A stretch of 34,542 bases of DNA. Origin: a virus (taxonomy: Duplodnaviria > Caudoviricetes). The DNA lies in IMG/VR virus record IMGVR_UViG_3300030330_001107, positions 1-34,542 of that record, one strand, 5' to 3'. Shown one piece after another: positions 17,465 to 27,360 of this stretch (its first letter is position 1; each line of letters starts with the position of its first letter). Under the pieces are notes generated by a model that worked only from the letters and a program-made list of their open reading frames with translations, had not been told where the DNA came from and ran no database searches. The position numbers and the translations under genes are program-made.

Positions 17465-17904
17465 TATGTCACCTTTGAAAATAAAATATGATCTCTGCCA
17501 TCAGGACTGAACTTCCTGACAACACCTTCTTTTTGCATGCCTAAAAACTTTATCCATCGATTAGCTTTATCCCAATCACTTCTGACATGAGCTTGCACTC
17601 GATGTAATTTATTTAAAGACATTAAATTATTTAAGTACTTGCGAATAGTTTTAGTTATTATAACTGGATATTGATTTACATAATCTGTTCCCAAAAACCA
17701 CGCTTCTCCTACATTTTCCCATATAGGATATATCCCACCACACGCAACTATATTACCATTTATTACACCAGTAAAAGCCATGTTTTTAACAACCATCCCT
17801 TCTACAAACCTAGATACTTCTATAGGTGGTCTAATCTTTTCATCATTAACATCACCGCCTAAAATTTCTTTTGCGTGGTCAGCTTCAAAATCAACAATAA
17901 TCAT
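17464..17904 (-). CDS. GNAT-fold protein (T7 gp13-like position)
   Basis: ACGG..W..VGEAW, HRVQAHV and LGMQKEG motifs. Confidence 0.7.
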   Translation of the reverse strand: MIIVDFEADHAKEILGGDVNDEKIRPPIEVSRFVEGMVVKNMAFTGVINGNIVACGGIYPIWENVGEAWFLGTDYVNQYPVIITKTIRKYLNNLMSLNKLHRVQAHVRSDWDKANRWIKFLGMQKEGVVRKFSPDGRDHILFSKVT

Positions 17905-20168
17905 TTATCAAATACAGATACTGTTGGAAATATTGCCAATATTGTTAAAGGTAAAGGCTGACTTTGTTCAATCACAATCGTTGCGTCTTCATCATAACCA
18001 CCTCTGAATTCTACTTTTTTATCACCAGTAAATAAAGGTATAGCTGTGTCCATGTCATCCCCTGAATCTCTAAAAGGTACAATGTCAAGTTCACTTGATG
18101 ATGTACCTACTTTTAAACCTACAGATCTAAATAATCTTACTGTAACCTCAGATATTCTTTTTATTTTGCCCTGGGCACTACCTAGAGCAGAACCTGAATC
18201 AATTCTGAGTGTTTCAACCTTACTTGTAAAAGGTAATCCTATATGTGCTTTTGTAACGGATCTTTGTAAAGTTACAGCTCCTGAACTTACTGTTACATTA
18301 GGATGAATAGAACCATTAGCTAAAACTGAAACAGTTTGTCCTTCTAAATGATTTAGACCTGATATTGTAGTAGCAGCTGATCCGCTATAGGTTAATCCTG
18401 AATCCACAAAGAAAGCGTTGCTAACATCAGTACCAAAATCAAAACCTGATAATCGCTCAACATATCTTTTTGTTGCTCCATTAATTGTTCTTTTTACAAT
18501 CATGTAAACTTCATCTTCATCAACATCACCTGGTATAACAGCTATAGATTCAACAATGGCGTTTCCTGAACCAAACACACCACCAATAATATGTCTGTGC
18601 CAGGCAACAACTTGTTCTTCTCTTCTATAAGTCATACATGACAACACGCCATCTGTACGAACTGTCCAAGCCACACTATCAGGCTCTTGCTGATAGGCAA
18701 AAGCTGTGATGCCGCCTTCAGTAATATGTTCTGCCAGTATAGTCATGTCAGGTGCTACATAACTATCTGATTCATTACTAAACACCAGTTCACGCAATTT
18801 ACGTTTTGCACGCTGTAAAAACAATGTCGCATTACCTACTTGCATAGGCTGTATATCAGCTGATCCATAGGTTGTTTGTTGTTTAATCTGAGTGTTGTCA
18901 GGTTTTAATGGTTCATCAAATCCTGAAGCTCTTACAACAAATTCACCACCACTTGTGCCAACAATCAGCTGCCGTCCTGATGCCAGGTACCTAATGACAT
19001 TAACTTCATTTGATCCTATCGTATAAACCAATCCATCATCAGGATTTGTGCCACGCTCAAAGTTTTCAAAATCACCACTTTGAGAAAAGAATATTGTTTG
19101 TGGTTGCTGTGACGTACCAGCGAATACAAGCCGCTGCTCATAAAAAGCAACTGCTCTTGGAAACCCAGTTGTATTTGAAAAAGCACCTAAAGAAAAATTA
19201 CTATCTGCAATAAGATCACCTCGAAGTGTTTTATTACTTCCAGCACTTTCATTTGCTAAATCAATACCTGGTGCAAGTGTTATCACAGTATCAGTAACAT
19301 CTACAATTAATCGACCTGAACCATTATTACTTGACGAACTACTAATGGTAATCTTCATACCATTTTCAAAACCTTGAGTTATAAAATCTCCAGCACTATC
19401 TTCTATACGGTCATTATGTTCTAACCCAGTACTGTCAGGATCTCCTTCATGAAAGGATATTGTGTTTGCGGTATACGATGGCATTAACTCAGAGCGTCCA
19501 TCTTCTAATTCTTGAACAGCAGCTGTTACTGTTGTCGCATTAGTAAAAGCTGTGATTTTAGCAAAACCTTTATGAAGTTTAACTAATCTTCCAACATCCG
19601 TTGAAACAAATGTATCAGCACTTGCAGTTATTGTAACATTACCAGTTCTAGCACTAGCGGTTAATGTAGTATCTGTTAAATTCTGATCTAACATTGCACC
19701 ACGCTGCAAAACAACTTCATTGATTGTCCATGCTGTATGACTTGTCCTGGTCAATTTTCTTGGTGAATGATCAGGATGAGCAATGTACATTACGTCAGCT
19801 GTTTGTGCGAACTTTATTCCGTCAAGTTGTGCTGTTGTATAAGGTGTTGCAAACTCAACTGGACTACCACCTGATACCACAATTCCGCCATCTTTATAAA
19901 CTCTAAAATATTGATTTCCAAATTCTAATATATAGGCTTGTTCAACATTAAATTGAAAGGGTATTAATCTTGTCTTAGCTGAACTTGTTTTTACCTCACG
20001 AATAAATTGTGTGCCAGGTCTTCTGCCTAAACCACCATGAGGTTGTACTAAAAAATTTTCTACAATTTGTGCGGCATTGTCATAACGCCCTAGATCAGTA
20101 CGTCCTGATAATCTAGGCGTAATTTCACCAGCTGTAAAATTTTGTTTAGCAAGTGTAACTTTTGCCAT
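17901..20168 (-). CDS. Tail tubular protein B / nozzle (gp12-like)
   Basis: NFTAGEITPRL.GRTD, RRPGT, FAQTADV and AWHRH motifs. Confidence 0.9.
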   Translation of the reverse strand: MAKVTLAKQNFTAGEITPRLSGRTDLGRYDNAAQIVENFLVQPHGGLGRRPGTQFIREVKTSSAKTRLIPFQFNVEQAYILEFGNQYFRVYKDGGIVVSGGSPVEFATPYTTAQLDGIKFAQTADVMYIAHPDHSPRKLTRTSHTAWTINEVVLQRGAMLDQNLTDTTLTASARTGNVTITASADTFVSTDVGRLVKLHKGFAKITAFTNATTVTAAVQELEDGRSELMPSYTANTISFHEGDPDSTGLEHNDRIEDSAGDFITQGFENGMKITISSSSSNNGSGRLIVDVTDTVITLAPGIDLANESAGSNKTLRGDLIADSNFSLGAFSNTTGFPRAVAFYEQRLVFAGTSQQPQTIFFSQSGDFENFERGTNPDDGLVYTIGSNEVNVIRYLASGRQLIVGTSGGEFVVRASGFDEPLKPDNTQIKQQTTYGSADIQPMQVGNATLFLQRAKRKLRELVFSNESDSYVAPDMTILAEHITEGGITAFAYQQEPDSVAWTVRTDGVLSCMTYRREEQVVAWHRHIIGGVFGSGNAIVESIAVIPGDVDEDEVYMIVKRTINGATKRYVERLSGFDFGTDVSNAFFVDSGLTYSGSAATTISGLNHLEGQTVSVLANGSIHPNVTVSSGAVTLQRSVTKAHIGLPFTSKVETLRIDSGSALGSAQGKIKRISEVTVRLFRSVGLKVGTSSSELDIVPFRDSGDDMDTAIPLFTGDKKVEFRGGYDEDATIVIEQSQPLPLTILAIFPTVSVFDK

Positions 20169-20758
20169 TATAACCTCGATGCAAGGAAGATATTACTTTC
20201 TGCTACAGTTAGACTTGATTCATTATTAAGTGTTGCTGGTGTACCTTCATTAGCATCGACAAACCGTGCTTCAACAAGTTTAGCTTTGTACATTGTATTG
20301 AGCTGCACCATAAGACTTGCTGAGTTAACTAGACCGTAGGCAATGTCAGATGCAAGTCGAGCTACAATTGTTTCAACAAGCAGCTGATCATATTCGTTTG
20401 GATCCTCAACTCTTGCTACATATAAAACTTTTACTTCATCTGAATTGACTAAAATTTTGCGTCCTTCAATTTTGTAAACTAAATCTTGATCTTGAAGTTG
20501 CAGAACTCTTAGACAATACGGATCATTGGGAAGGCTAAATTGTTTGGAAAAATCAAAGGCTGGTGTTTCTGTATCAGGTGCTAATGTTGCTCTTCTTAAA
20601 AGGCAGTTCCAAGGGTGTGATCTAAAAGTTGCATCACGGACAAAAGCATATCTTTGATTACAAATACGAGCTGACTTACTATCTTCAGTAAGATCTAAGA
20701 TATTAGACGCACCAATTAAATTTAATGCTGAATTACATATATCGACTACACTTGGCAT
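20168..20758 (-). CDS. Tail tubular protein A / adaptor (gp11-like)
   Basis: VDICNSALNLIG...HPWNC motifs. Confidence 0.9.
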   Translation of the reverse strand: MPSVVDICNSALNLIGASNILDLTEDSKSARICNQRYAFVRDATFRSHPWNCLLRRATLAPDTETPAFDFSKQFSLPNDPYCLRVLQLQDQDLVYKIEGRKILVNSDEVKVLYVARVEDPNEYDQLLVETIVARLASDIAYGLVNSASLMVQLNTMYKAKLVEARFVDANEGTPATLNNESSLTVAESNIFLASRL

Positions 20759-20775
20759 ATAAAAACTCTTTTGTT

Positions 20776-20799
20776 AAATGGGGCAGCCTAAACTGCCCC
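20776..20799 (-). terminator. Hairpin after the capsid genes (T-phi-like, weak U tract)
   Basis: GGGGCAG-TTTAGG-CTGCCCC followed by ATTT. Confidence 0.6.
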
Positions 20800-20812
20800 T
20801 AGAGGATTATGA

Positions 20813-21274
20813 TTAATCTAATGCGTAAAGCATTGTTAATTCGATGGTACCAGTAGCAGCTGCACCAGCAAGGGTGACAGTTACTGGGTATCCATCTTGA
20901 TTAGCATCAATTTCAATTCCTGATCCTAATGCTAATGTTGCTGCTACATCAGCTTTACCAGCTGAAGCGGAAGAAGCTGCTGCCTTAAATTCATCTGCAT
21001 CTAAAGCAACTGCTGTTCCAGCAGCGTTAGTGTAGGCTCCATGACCTACAGCTAAAGTTGTGCTTGATCCCAACGCATCATGTGCAAGTGAACCACTAAT
21101 GATTCTAGCACCGTCAGGTAGGATAAACATTTCTATAACATCACCAGCTGAAAGTGATGATGCTTCGAACACGCCATGAGCAATACGAACTCTGCCACCT
21201 AATTCGTTAGCTTTGTTCTTTACGGAAGGAACCGCTCTAGCGTTAGTTCTTTGAGTACTAAATACTGTTGCCAT
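20813..21274 (-). CDS. Capsid decoration/minor structural protein
   Basis: Ala/Gly-rich beta protein directly after the MCP (GDVIEMFILPDGARI). Confidence 0.65.
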   Translation of the reverse strand: MATVFSTQRTNARAVPSVKNKANELGGRVRIAHGVFEASSLSAGDVIEMFILPDGARIISGSLAHDALGSSTTLAVGHGAYTNAAGTAVALDADEFKAAASSASAGKADVAATLALGSGIEIDANQDGYPVTVTLAGAAATGTIELTMLYALD

Positions 21275-21285
21275 TTATCTCTCCC

Positions 21286-22149
21286 TTACTCTTGACACGC
21301 AATTTCTATTACTTTTTCTTCTTCCATACGAGTTGCCCCCATGGTCATACAGTAATAGACTTGTGTTGCGTAAGACTTATCTGCTCTTTGGTCGATCCTA
21401 GCTTGAGGTTCTTTTCCAAGTGCAACCTTCATTCCGTCAGTTGCCCAAGCAAATATTCTTCTGTTAGAACTTCCATCAACTGGTAATCTGTTTGATACGA
21501 TGAAATTAAAGCCAACGAAGGATGTAACGGCTCCGCTTGCTAAAGCTCTCACAGTATTAAAATCAGCACTAGTGACAGTTGTTGTGTTTAATAGATCGCT
21601 GATCTGCTTTGGTGATACAACGATATATCTCTGAATTGATGGATCGACAGAATTCTCATCGAGCTTCTGCTTTGCTTCAATCAATTTAGCTACGGTCAGA
21701 CCAGCTGATCCATGTGCTATTTGATTTGAAGCTGGAAAAGAGGTTGTACTTCCACCGTCCTTACCAGTTTTTGCATCACCAAAAAAAGCTGCAATGATGA
21801 CATCGTCCATTTTTCTGCCCATAGCAGCAGCAGCTGCCCTGGCATAAGTTGATGTAGGATCAATCAATAATCTGATTTTATCCTGATCATCCACCAAAGT
21901 GGCGTATTCATAGTCAGCCATTGTGACCATACGTCTTTGATGTGGTGTTTCAATCAACGGTGTATCCGCATTTCTTGTTGTTCTTTCAACAGCTGCGGTT
22001 GAACCTACTTGATCGAAAAACGCTTTCTCACCGTTAACAGTTTCAACATCTACGGTGTTTCGTAGAAGTGATCCCATTTGCTGTGAGAGAAGCTGCACAT
22101 TCGCTGAAAATTGATTTACGAATGCGGTAGTTATCTGATTCGCAGACAT
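21286..22149 (-). CDS. Major capsid protein (start re-called to MSANQ)
   Basis: FVNQFSANVQLLSQQMGS, AMGRKMDDVII and GATRMEEEKV motifs; GGAG RBS. Confidence 0.9.
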   Translation of the reverse strand: MSANQITTAFVNQFSANVQLLSQQMGSLLRNTVDVETVNGEKAFFDQVGSTAAVERTTRNADTPLIETPHQRRMVTMADYEYATLVDDQDKIRLLIDPTSTYARAAAAAMGRKMDDVIIAAFFGDAKTGKDGGSTTSFPASNQIAHGSAGLTVAKLIEAKQKLDENSVDPSIQRYIVVSPKQISDLLNTTTVTSADFNTVRALASGAVTSFVGFNFIVSNRLPVDGSSNRRIFAWATDGMKVALGKEPQARIDQRADKSYATQVYYCMTMGATRMEEEKVIEIACQE

Positions 22150-22187
22150 AACTTTCTCCATTAAATTAAGGTTAAAATTTCTACGAT

Positions 22188-22298
22188 TGGCTATCTGCTT
22201 ACGCAGACCATCTATTACTTAGGGCAACTACTCCACCTTACGCAAAGGTTTGTGCTGTGGGGCAAACGCTTATCCACAGATTTACCCAGTTAAGGGTA
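22188..22298 (-). ncRNA. Candidate structured RNA leader upstream of the MCP (4 hairpins)
   Basis: Stems at 22283..22298, 22255..22279, 22235..22249 and 22188..22210 (GTAA loop). Confidence 0.45.
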
Positions 22299-22301
22299 TT
22301 T

Positions 22302-23147
22302 TTATGCAGCATCTCCAGTTAATATTTCTTGGAGCTGTAACGCACGCTGAACTGATCTTGCATGGTCAGGATGATTTTTATCCCAGTATGCTGTGTTGCC
22401 AGGTGCTCTGATAGAATTAAGCTCTCTTTCTGCTTCTTCTAAAGCAATACCTGGTACACTATCACGACCTGAGAAACTATCCTCACCAATCTTTTCACCA
22501 ATAAAATCACCAATGTTTGCAAACATTTCAATAACTTTTGGATGATCTCCAAGGCGTGTGCCATCTGCTAATTGTAATTCTATAATATCATCTGATGCTG
22601 TACCTTCAGGAACAAAGTAATCGACCACATCATTGCTTGTATTTAACTTTGCCTGGTATTGATCACCCCATTCTTTTTTTAAATCTGCTTCTATACCAAG
22701 TTGTATTTGTTCGATTTGTTCATCAGATTTATCTGTAGCTGATCCAACATATTCTCCATACTCAGTAAAAATGCCTACAGCTTGTTGTTGTGTCAAACCG
22801 TGTTTATGTGCCATTTGCCTAAAAAAATCTACACCTTCTTCACCAATTGTTTCTGATGGTTTTATTTCATAACCGTCAGGTGTATCAGGTCTTCCTATCT
22901 TGGAATAAAAAATATTCATTTCATCTTCTGTTGTATACTTGCCAGGTATAACAACTTTATCTGCACCTACCATTTTTTGTGCATTGATCAAAGATTTAGC
23001 CATGCCATTGATACTGGTATAACTGGCTAGACTTGGATCATTTCTTAATTCTTCGTCTATATGTTCTTTAAAATTGAATTCTGTTGTTTCAGACGTTGCT
23101 TGCCCAGCATCTACTGGAGCATCCGCTACCTGAGTTTCTTCAGACAT
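22302..23147 (-). CDS. Capsid scaffolding protein
   Basis: Acidic; GRPDTPDGY, LKKEWG and YWDKNHPDH motifs; lies between portal and MCP. Confidence 0.85.
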   Translation of the reverse strand: MSEETQVADAPVDAGQATSETTEFNFKEHIDEELRNDPSLASYTSINGMAKSLINAQKMVGADKVVIPGKYTTEDEMNIFYSKIGRPDTPDGYEIKPSETIGEEGVDFFRQMAHKHGLTQQQAVGIFTEYGEYVGSATDKSDEQIEQIQLGIEADLKKEWGDQYQAKLNTSNDVVDYFVPEGTASDDIIELQLADGTRLGDHPKVIEMFANIGDFIGEKIGEDSFSGRDSVPGIALEEAERELNSIRAPGNTAYWDKNHPDHARSVQRALQLQEILTGDAA

Positions 23148-23364
23148 TTATTTCTCCTTGGTTAAGTTGTTTATTATCTTTAATTACGCCGTGTAAAAAA
23201 ATCACGACAGACCGCTGACCTTCACGGAATATTGTCTCATCGCTGTTAGGAACAAAGGTTGTTGTTTGAAAACTAAATCTTTTTTCTAAATCTTCTAAAA
23301 CAATTCGTCCTTCAGGAGTAGAAAACAATTCTTTATAATTTTTTTTTAGATCTTCAGGGTTCAT
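23140..23364 (-). CDS. Bbp19-like small protein
   Basis: YKELFSTPEGRIVLEDL...FREGQRSV motif. Confidence 0.75.
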   Translation of the reverse strand: MNPEDLKKNYKELFSTPEGRIVLEDLEKRFSFQTTTFVPNSDETIFREGQRSVVIFLHGVIKDNKQLNQGEINV

Positions 23365-25019
23365 TGACCGCCACCTACAATATCAAGAACAGCTTCTTGT
23401 GTTTCAGGACTTACATCATCGACAGCTCTAATACCAGGTGCAGCTTCACCAGCTGCCTTGGCAAGCATAGCTTGTTGTTGTGCCGCAGCCATTTGTTCTT
23501 GTGCAGCTTGTTTAGCTTCACGCAATGAAGCCACTTCATCTTCACCACGAACAACAGAAGCTGGTACACCAGTTGTTTTAATAATATGTTTGGCAAGACC
23601 ATCAACATCCAAGTAATCAACAACATTAGGATCAACTTGCATAAGTGGTGCAAGAAACTGAAACAACTCAAGTGATGCTTGTATATCGCCTTGTCTTTGT
23701 GCTTTGGCTAATGGTGATACATATTCAATATCAATTTCATTACCGCCCATTGTATCAGGTGCAACCTCAAAACCTTTTTTCCTGGAGATTAAATTAAATA
23801 TTCTATCAATCAAAGGTCTAAGTAATTCTGATTGCAGCCTACCAGTAAGTGGTGCCAGTATCCTCATTTTTTCAGATGACTTTTGTATGACCTCAGTTGC
23901 GGTCATTCCTGGTCTATTGCCAGTAATAAGTTGATCAACATAAAAAGCAGCTCTTATAGCTGTTCGTCTTTGCTCAAGTTGGTTCTCTCCTACTGGATTG
24001 TTTGCCCCTATATTCAGCGGCTCAATTCGATCCCTCGTGCCTGATCGATAAAAATTTAAACCACCAGGTACAGTTCGTACTGGTAGAATAAAACCATCAT
24101 CAGGAACAAGAAGGGGAGGATGTATCTGCAATTGAGCCGCCTGGATAACCGCTTTTGACATTTCATTAACCATTTTAATATCAGCTAATGCTGTCATAGC
24201 TGGTGACCTTCCATAGCCATTTTCATAAGATGATTTACGGAAGCGTGGCACCATATACGGAAACTCATCAAATCCACTTTCAGATATAATCTTTTTAGAA
24301 TCAGGATCTAAATATATTGACGCAATAGGTTTATTCTTAGCATCAATCTTTACAGTATCTCTTTCATATCTTGGCATGACAATATGAAGCAGTTCAATCA
24401 TGTCATACGGATCATCTTGAGATTTTTTTAATATTTTCTGACTTACATTCTCTTCGCCAAATTGTGATACCGCAGCTCTAGCTGCTATTTTAAATTCTCT
24501 AAATACAGTATCGACACGACCAAATTCATCTTCTGATACATAACATTCTGATATATGCCTGGTTGAAAATCGAAGGGTGCCCTCTTTATCCGTGTCAACA
24601 AACATTACGCCAGTTCCAAAAGTGACCAGGTCAGAATATAATTCATGAATAGCTTCATGAAAGTTTGACCGCCCTATCTCAACATACATAACGTCCGTTG
24701 CACGTTCTAACCATTCTTTTGAAACATCATCTGTTTCAAACTCATCGTCTGTATATCTCAAACTAAACCAAGGCGTACCTGAGTTCGTCAACATACCGTG
24801 CATACTTGATGCCATTAATTCAGCTGCAAATTGTGCGGTGCCATCAAAAATACGCTCTGAGTTTTTATCACCTGGCGTTCTTTTCTTTGTGATGTTCCCT
24901 TTATTGGGAGCAACAAAGTCACCAATTTCTTGCCAATGACTTTCCCAGTTACTTCGATATTGTTTAAGGCTGCCAAACCTTTTCATCAATATGGCAGCTC
25001 TTTGATCTACTTCAGCCAT
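23361..25019 (-). CDS. Portal (head-tail connector)
   Basis: YGRSPAM, MTATEV and IEYVSPLAKAQ motifs of T7/BPP-1-type portals. Confidence 0.95.
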   Translation of the reverse strand: MAEVDQRAAILMKRFGSLKQYRSNWESHWQEIGDFVAPNKGNITKKRTPGDKNSERIFDGTAQFAAELMASSMHGMLTNSGTPWFSLRYTDDEFETDDVSKEWLERATDVMYVEIGRSNFHEAIHELYSDLVTFGTGVMFVDTDKEGTLRFSTRHISECYVSEDEFGRVDTVFREFKIAARAAVSQFGEENVSQKILKKSQDDPYDMIELLHIVMPRYERDTVKIDAKNKPIASIYLDPDSKKIISESGFDEFPYMVPRFRKSSYENGYGRSPAMTALADIKMVNEMSKAVIQAAQLQIHPPLLVPDDGFILPVRTVPGGLNFYRSGTRDRIEPLNIGANNPVGENQLEQRRTAIRAAFYVDQLITGNRPGMTATEVIQKSSEKMRILAPLTGRLQSELLRPLIDRIFNLISRKKGFEVAPDTMGGNEIDIEYVSPLAKAQRQGDIQASLELFQFLAPLMQVDPNVVDYLDVDGLAKHIIKTTGVPASVVRGEDEVASLREAKQAAQEQMAAAQQQAMLAKAAGEAAPGIRAVDDVSPETQEAVLDIVGGGQ

Positions 25020-25022
25020 TGT

Positions 25023-25262
25023 TTAACCATACATTCCAGGTCTTTTATTCTGACCTAATAAACTTACTTTTTCTGTTGGTGCTTCCTCAAGCAAACCCTG
25101 ACCACCAGTTACCCTAGCTGCCATTTGACCTTTCTTTTTAGCCTGAGTTGTTTTTACACGCTGCTGCTCTTTTGTACCTTGCGGCGTTACCGTAGGTTTT
25201 ATTGGCGGCGGTGGTGGAGGTGGCGGCGGTGGCGGTGGTGCTTTTGGTCTTAAAAATCCCAT
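25023..25262 (-). CDS. Small polyproline-containing protein
   Basis: Run of 12 Pro; TGGQGL...KVSLLG; lies upstream of the portal. Confidence 0.75.
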   Translation of the reverse strand: MGFLRPKAPPPPPPPPPPPPIKPTVTPQGTKEQQRVKTTQAKKKGQMAARVTGGQGLLEEAPTEKVSLLGQNKRPGMYG

Positions 25263-25263
25263 A

Positions 25264-26547
25264 TCATGCTCCTACTTGTGAAAAAGGGTTGTATTCCATC
25301 TCAGCGTGAATCTGAGGTGGTCGTACATTTTTTGCTGTTTCTTTTATACCGCAAGCTAAATACCTAAATGCATCAGCATAATGAGATGACCAATCATGAA
25401 CTGGTGTTGTTCTGAATGTCCTGGCTCTTTCATTATATCCACGATGATATTGTCTTAATGCATCTAAACCTAATTTACATTTATCTGCATCAAACCAACA
25501 CCTGGGTATTAACATCTGTGCGGCGTGTATTCCGTCTTCTAATGGCAGCTTTGGAACAACCCTAAAATTTAATCCTAAATCCCAGGCTATTTCTCTTCTT
25601 GATTTTCCTGATCCAAGTTCACGCACCTCAATATCATGGGGTGCATAGTGCTCACCATATAAATAATTTTTACTTGTCAAAACCTGAACGTAGTGCGGCA
25701 ATCCCTCACCACGATTTTCATAACAATCTATAACATGAATAGCTCGACCTATAGATTGCGTAAACCATATTGCCGTACTATCACCAATACCTAAATCCCA
25801 AAAGGTATCAACCTTTACTGTAGGATCATAAGGCACCTTCGATATACGACCATCTTCCATAGCTACTTCTAATTCTTTACCAAAGATAGTGCCTGGTACA
25901 TTCGCAACCCAACTACACTCATACTCTTGAGCGTACTGGTCATTGGTCATAGCTTCTTTAGCACTTCTTAATTCAGTAGCATTTAATATCGCTGTATCAC
26001 TTGCCTTATGTATTGCCGTGTACCAGCCATCACTTTTGACAGCGTGTTCATACATCTCAAAAAAAGCATTCTGCCCTTTTGGCGTGCCTACAAAATAACA
26101 AAAACCTTCACGGTCAGATAGAGCTGGTCTAATTATCTCAGGAAATACCCTCTCAGGCATATCCGCCACCTCGTCCATGAAACAACCATCAAGGTAAATT
26201 CCACGAAGGGCATCAGGATTTTCTGCTCCCAGCAAGCTTATACGTCCACCATTAGGTAGATCACATCGCAATTCTGTTTCATGAAACTTAATACTAGGTA
26301 TTCCACCAGCAAACTGTTTCAAATAATCCCATGCAACTGCTTTAGCTTGCCTATAAGTAGGTGCCAAGTAAGCATATCTAGGTGCCTTCTTTTCACATAA
26401 TACAGCTGCTCTTAATAAATGATTGATAGCCATTACCGTTTTACCCATCCTTCGATGACATACAATCACGCCCCATCTATACTGCTCCAGGTTTTCATGC
26501 AACTTAGCCTGAAGTGTTCTAGGTTTATAAGGTATTACAATCTGCAT
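25264..26547 (-). CDS. terL: Terminase large subunit
   Basis: Walker A HRRMGKT, Walker B FMDE, GTPKG, nuclease WDLGIGD and SHYADAFRY. Confidence 0.95.
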   Translation of the reverse strand: MQIVIPYKPRTLQAKLHENLEQYRWGVIVCHRRMGKTVMAINHLLRAAVLCEKKAPRYAYLAPTYRQAKAVAWDYLKQFAGGIPSIKFHETELRCDLPNGGRISLLGAENPDALRGIYLDGCFMDEVADMPERVFPEIIRPALSDREGFCYFVGTPKGQNAFFEMYEHAVKSDGWYTAIHKASDTAILNATELRSAKEAMTNDQYAQEYECSWVANVPGTIFGKELEVAMEDGRISKVPYDPTVKVDTFWDLGIGDSTAIWFTQSIGRAIHVIDCYENRGEGLPHYVQVLTSKNYLYGEHYAPHDIEVRELGSGKSRREIAWDLGLNFRVVPKLPLEDGIHAAQMLIPRCWFDADKCKLGLDALRQYHRGYNERARTFRTTPVHDWSSHYADAFRYLACGIKETAKNVRPPQIHAEMEYNPFSQVGA

Positions 26548-26801
26548 GCGTGTTAGACACTCTCTAATCTGTATTTATGTATATAGAAACTGTGCCTGGT
26601 CTTTGGGTATATAGGGGTTTGCTGTACAGAATTTGCACCTTTTTTTGTGTACATATTGTGTACAGTAGGTCATCTTTCTATAAATAATTGACTACCACCT
26701 TACGATTCCTTTTTCCAGGGCATCGACCTACAAAGTCGTTCAGCTGGGTATCGATCTTCGTGCGTGTAGCTAGGACAACAGAGGATGTGTTATATATATA
26801 A

Positions 26802-27215
26802 CTATCCTACTTTAACTTCACCATTATCCCAGCTCAAAGTAATACTATTATCTACAGCAACACTTGGTTCATCCTTCTTATCTCGAAGACCATAAGGCTG
26901 TATTCTAGCTAACGTCCATTTAAGAGTATCAATCTCTAAACGTCTTCTTTGTACTTCAGCATTGAGCAATCTATTATCTACACTTTCAGGTAAAGGCTGC
27001 ACAGCTAGATCATTAATATAATCTGAATAATACTCAGCTTGTAGAACTCTACCTTTACGATAAATTTCCCACAGCTCATCATCATCCTGAACAGCTCTAG
27101 TAATAGATCTATAGCTTGGCATACCTTTTGTTTTACAAATAGTAACCAGGCTTTCACCACAAGCTAAACGGTTAGCTATGTTTGTCATCACTACTTTGTT
27201 GACTATCTTTGCCAT
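26802..27215 (-). CDS. terS: Terminase small subunit (start re-called to MAKIV)
   Basis: RLACGESLVTICKTKGMPSY HTH and RRLEIDTLKW motif; lies upstream of terL. Confidence 0.8.
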   Translation of the reverse strand: MAKIVNKVVMTNIANRLACGESLVTICKTKGMPSYRSITRAVQDDDELWEIYRKGRVLQAEYYSDYINDLAVQPLPESVDNRLLNAEVQRRRLEIDTLKWTLARIQPYGLRDKKDEPSVAVDNSITLSWDNGEVKVG

Positions 27216-27223
27216 AAAAAACC

Positions 27224-27257
27224 TTGCACATTGGACAAACAAACTTATCCAATGCAA
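27224..27257 (-). promoter_or_regulatory. Hairpin abutting the terS RBS
   Basis: TTGCATTGGATAA pairs with TTGTCCAATGTGCAA (13 bp, 2-nt bulge). Confidence 0.5.
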
Positions 27258-27360
27258 TTTTACATCGCTCACAAAGCAATAATGTCTGATTGTCTTTTTC
27301 TGTCATGACACAATATCTAGTGCCATTTTAATATAAATATGCCATATTTCATGTCATTCG

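Noticed and set aside
17464-17904. Second GNAT as a novel accessory enzyme
   Set aside because: It occupies the standard gp13-like slot between nozzle and ejection genes in T7-like virion modules.
20813-21300. T7 gp10A/10B-type frameshift or readthrough of the MCP
   Set aside because: The MCP ends in TAA with no evident slippery site, and the next gene has its own GGGAG RBS.
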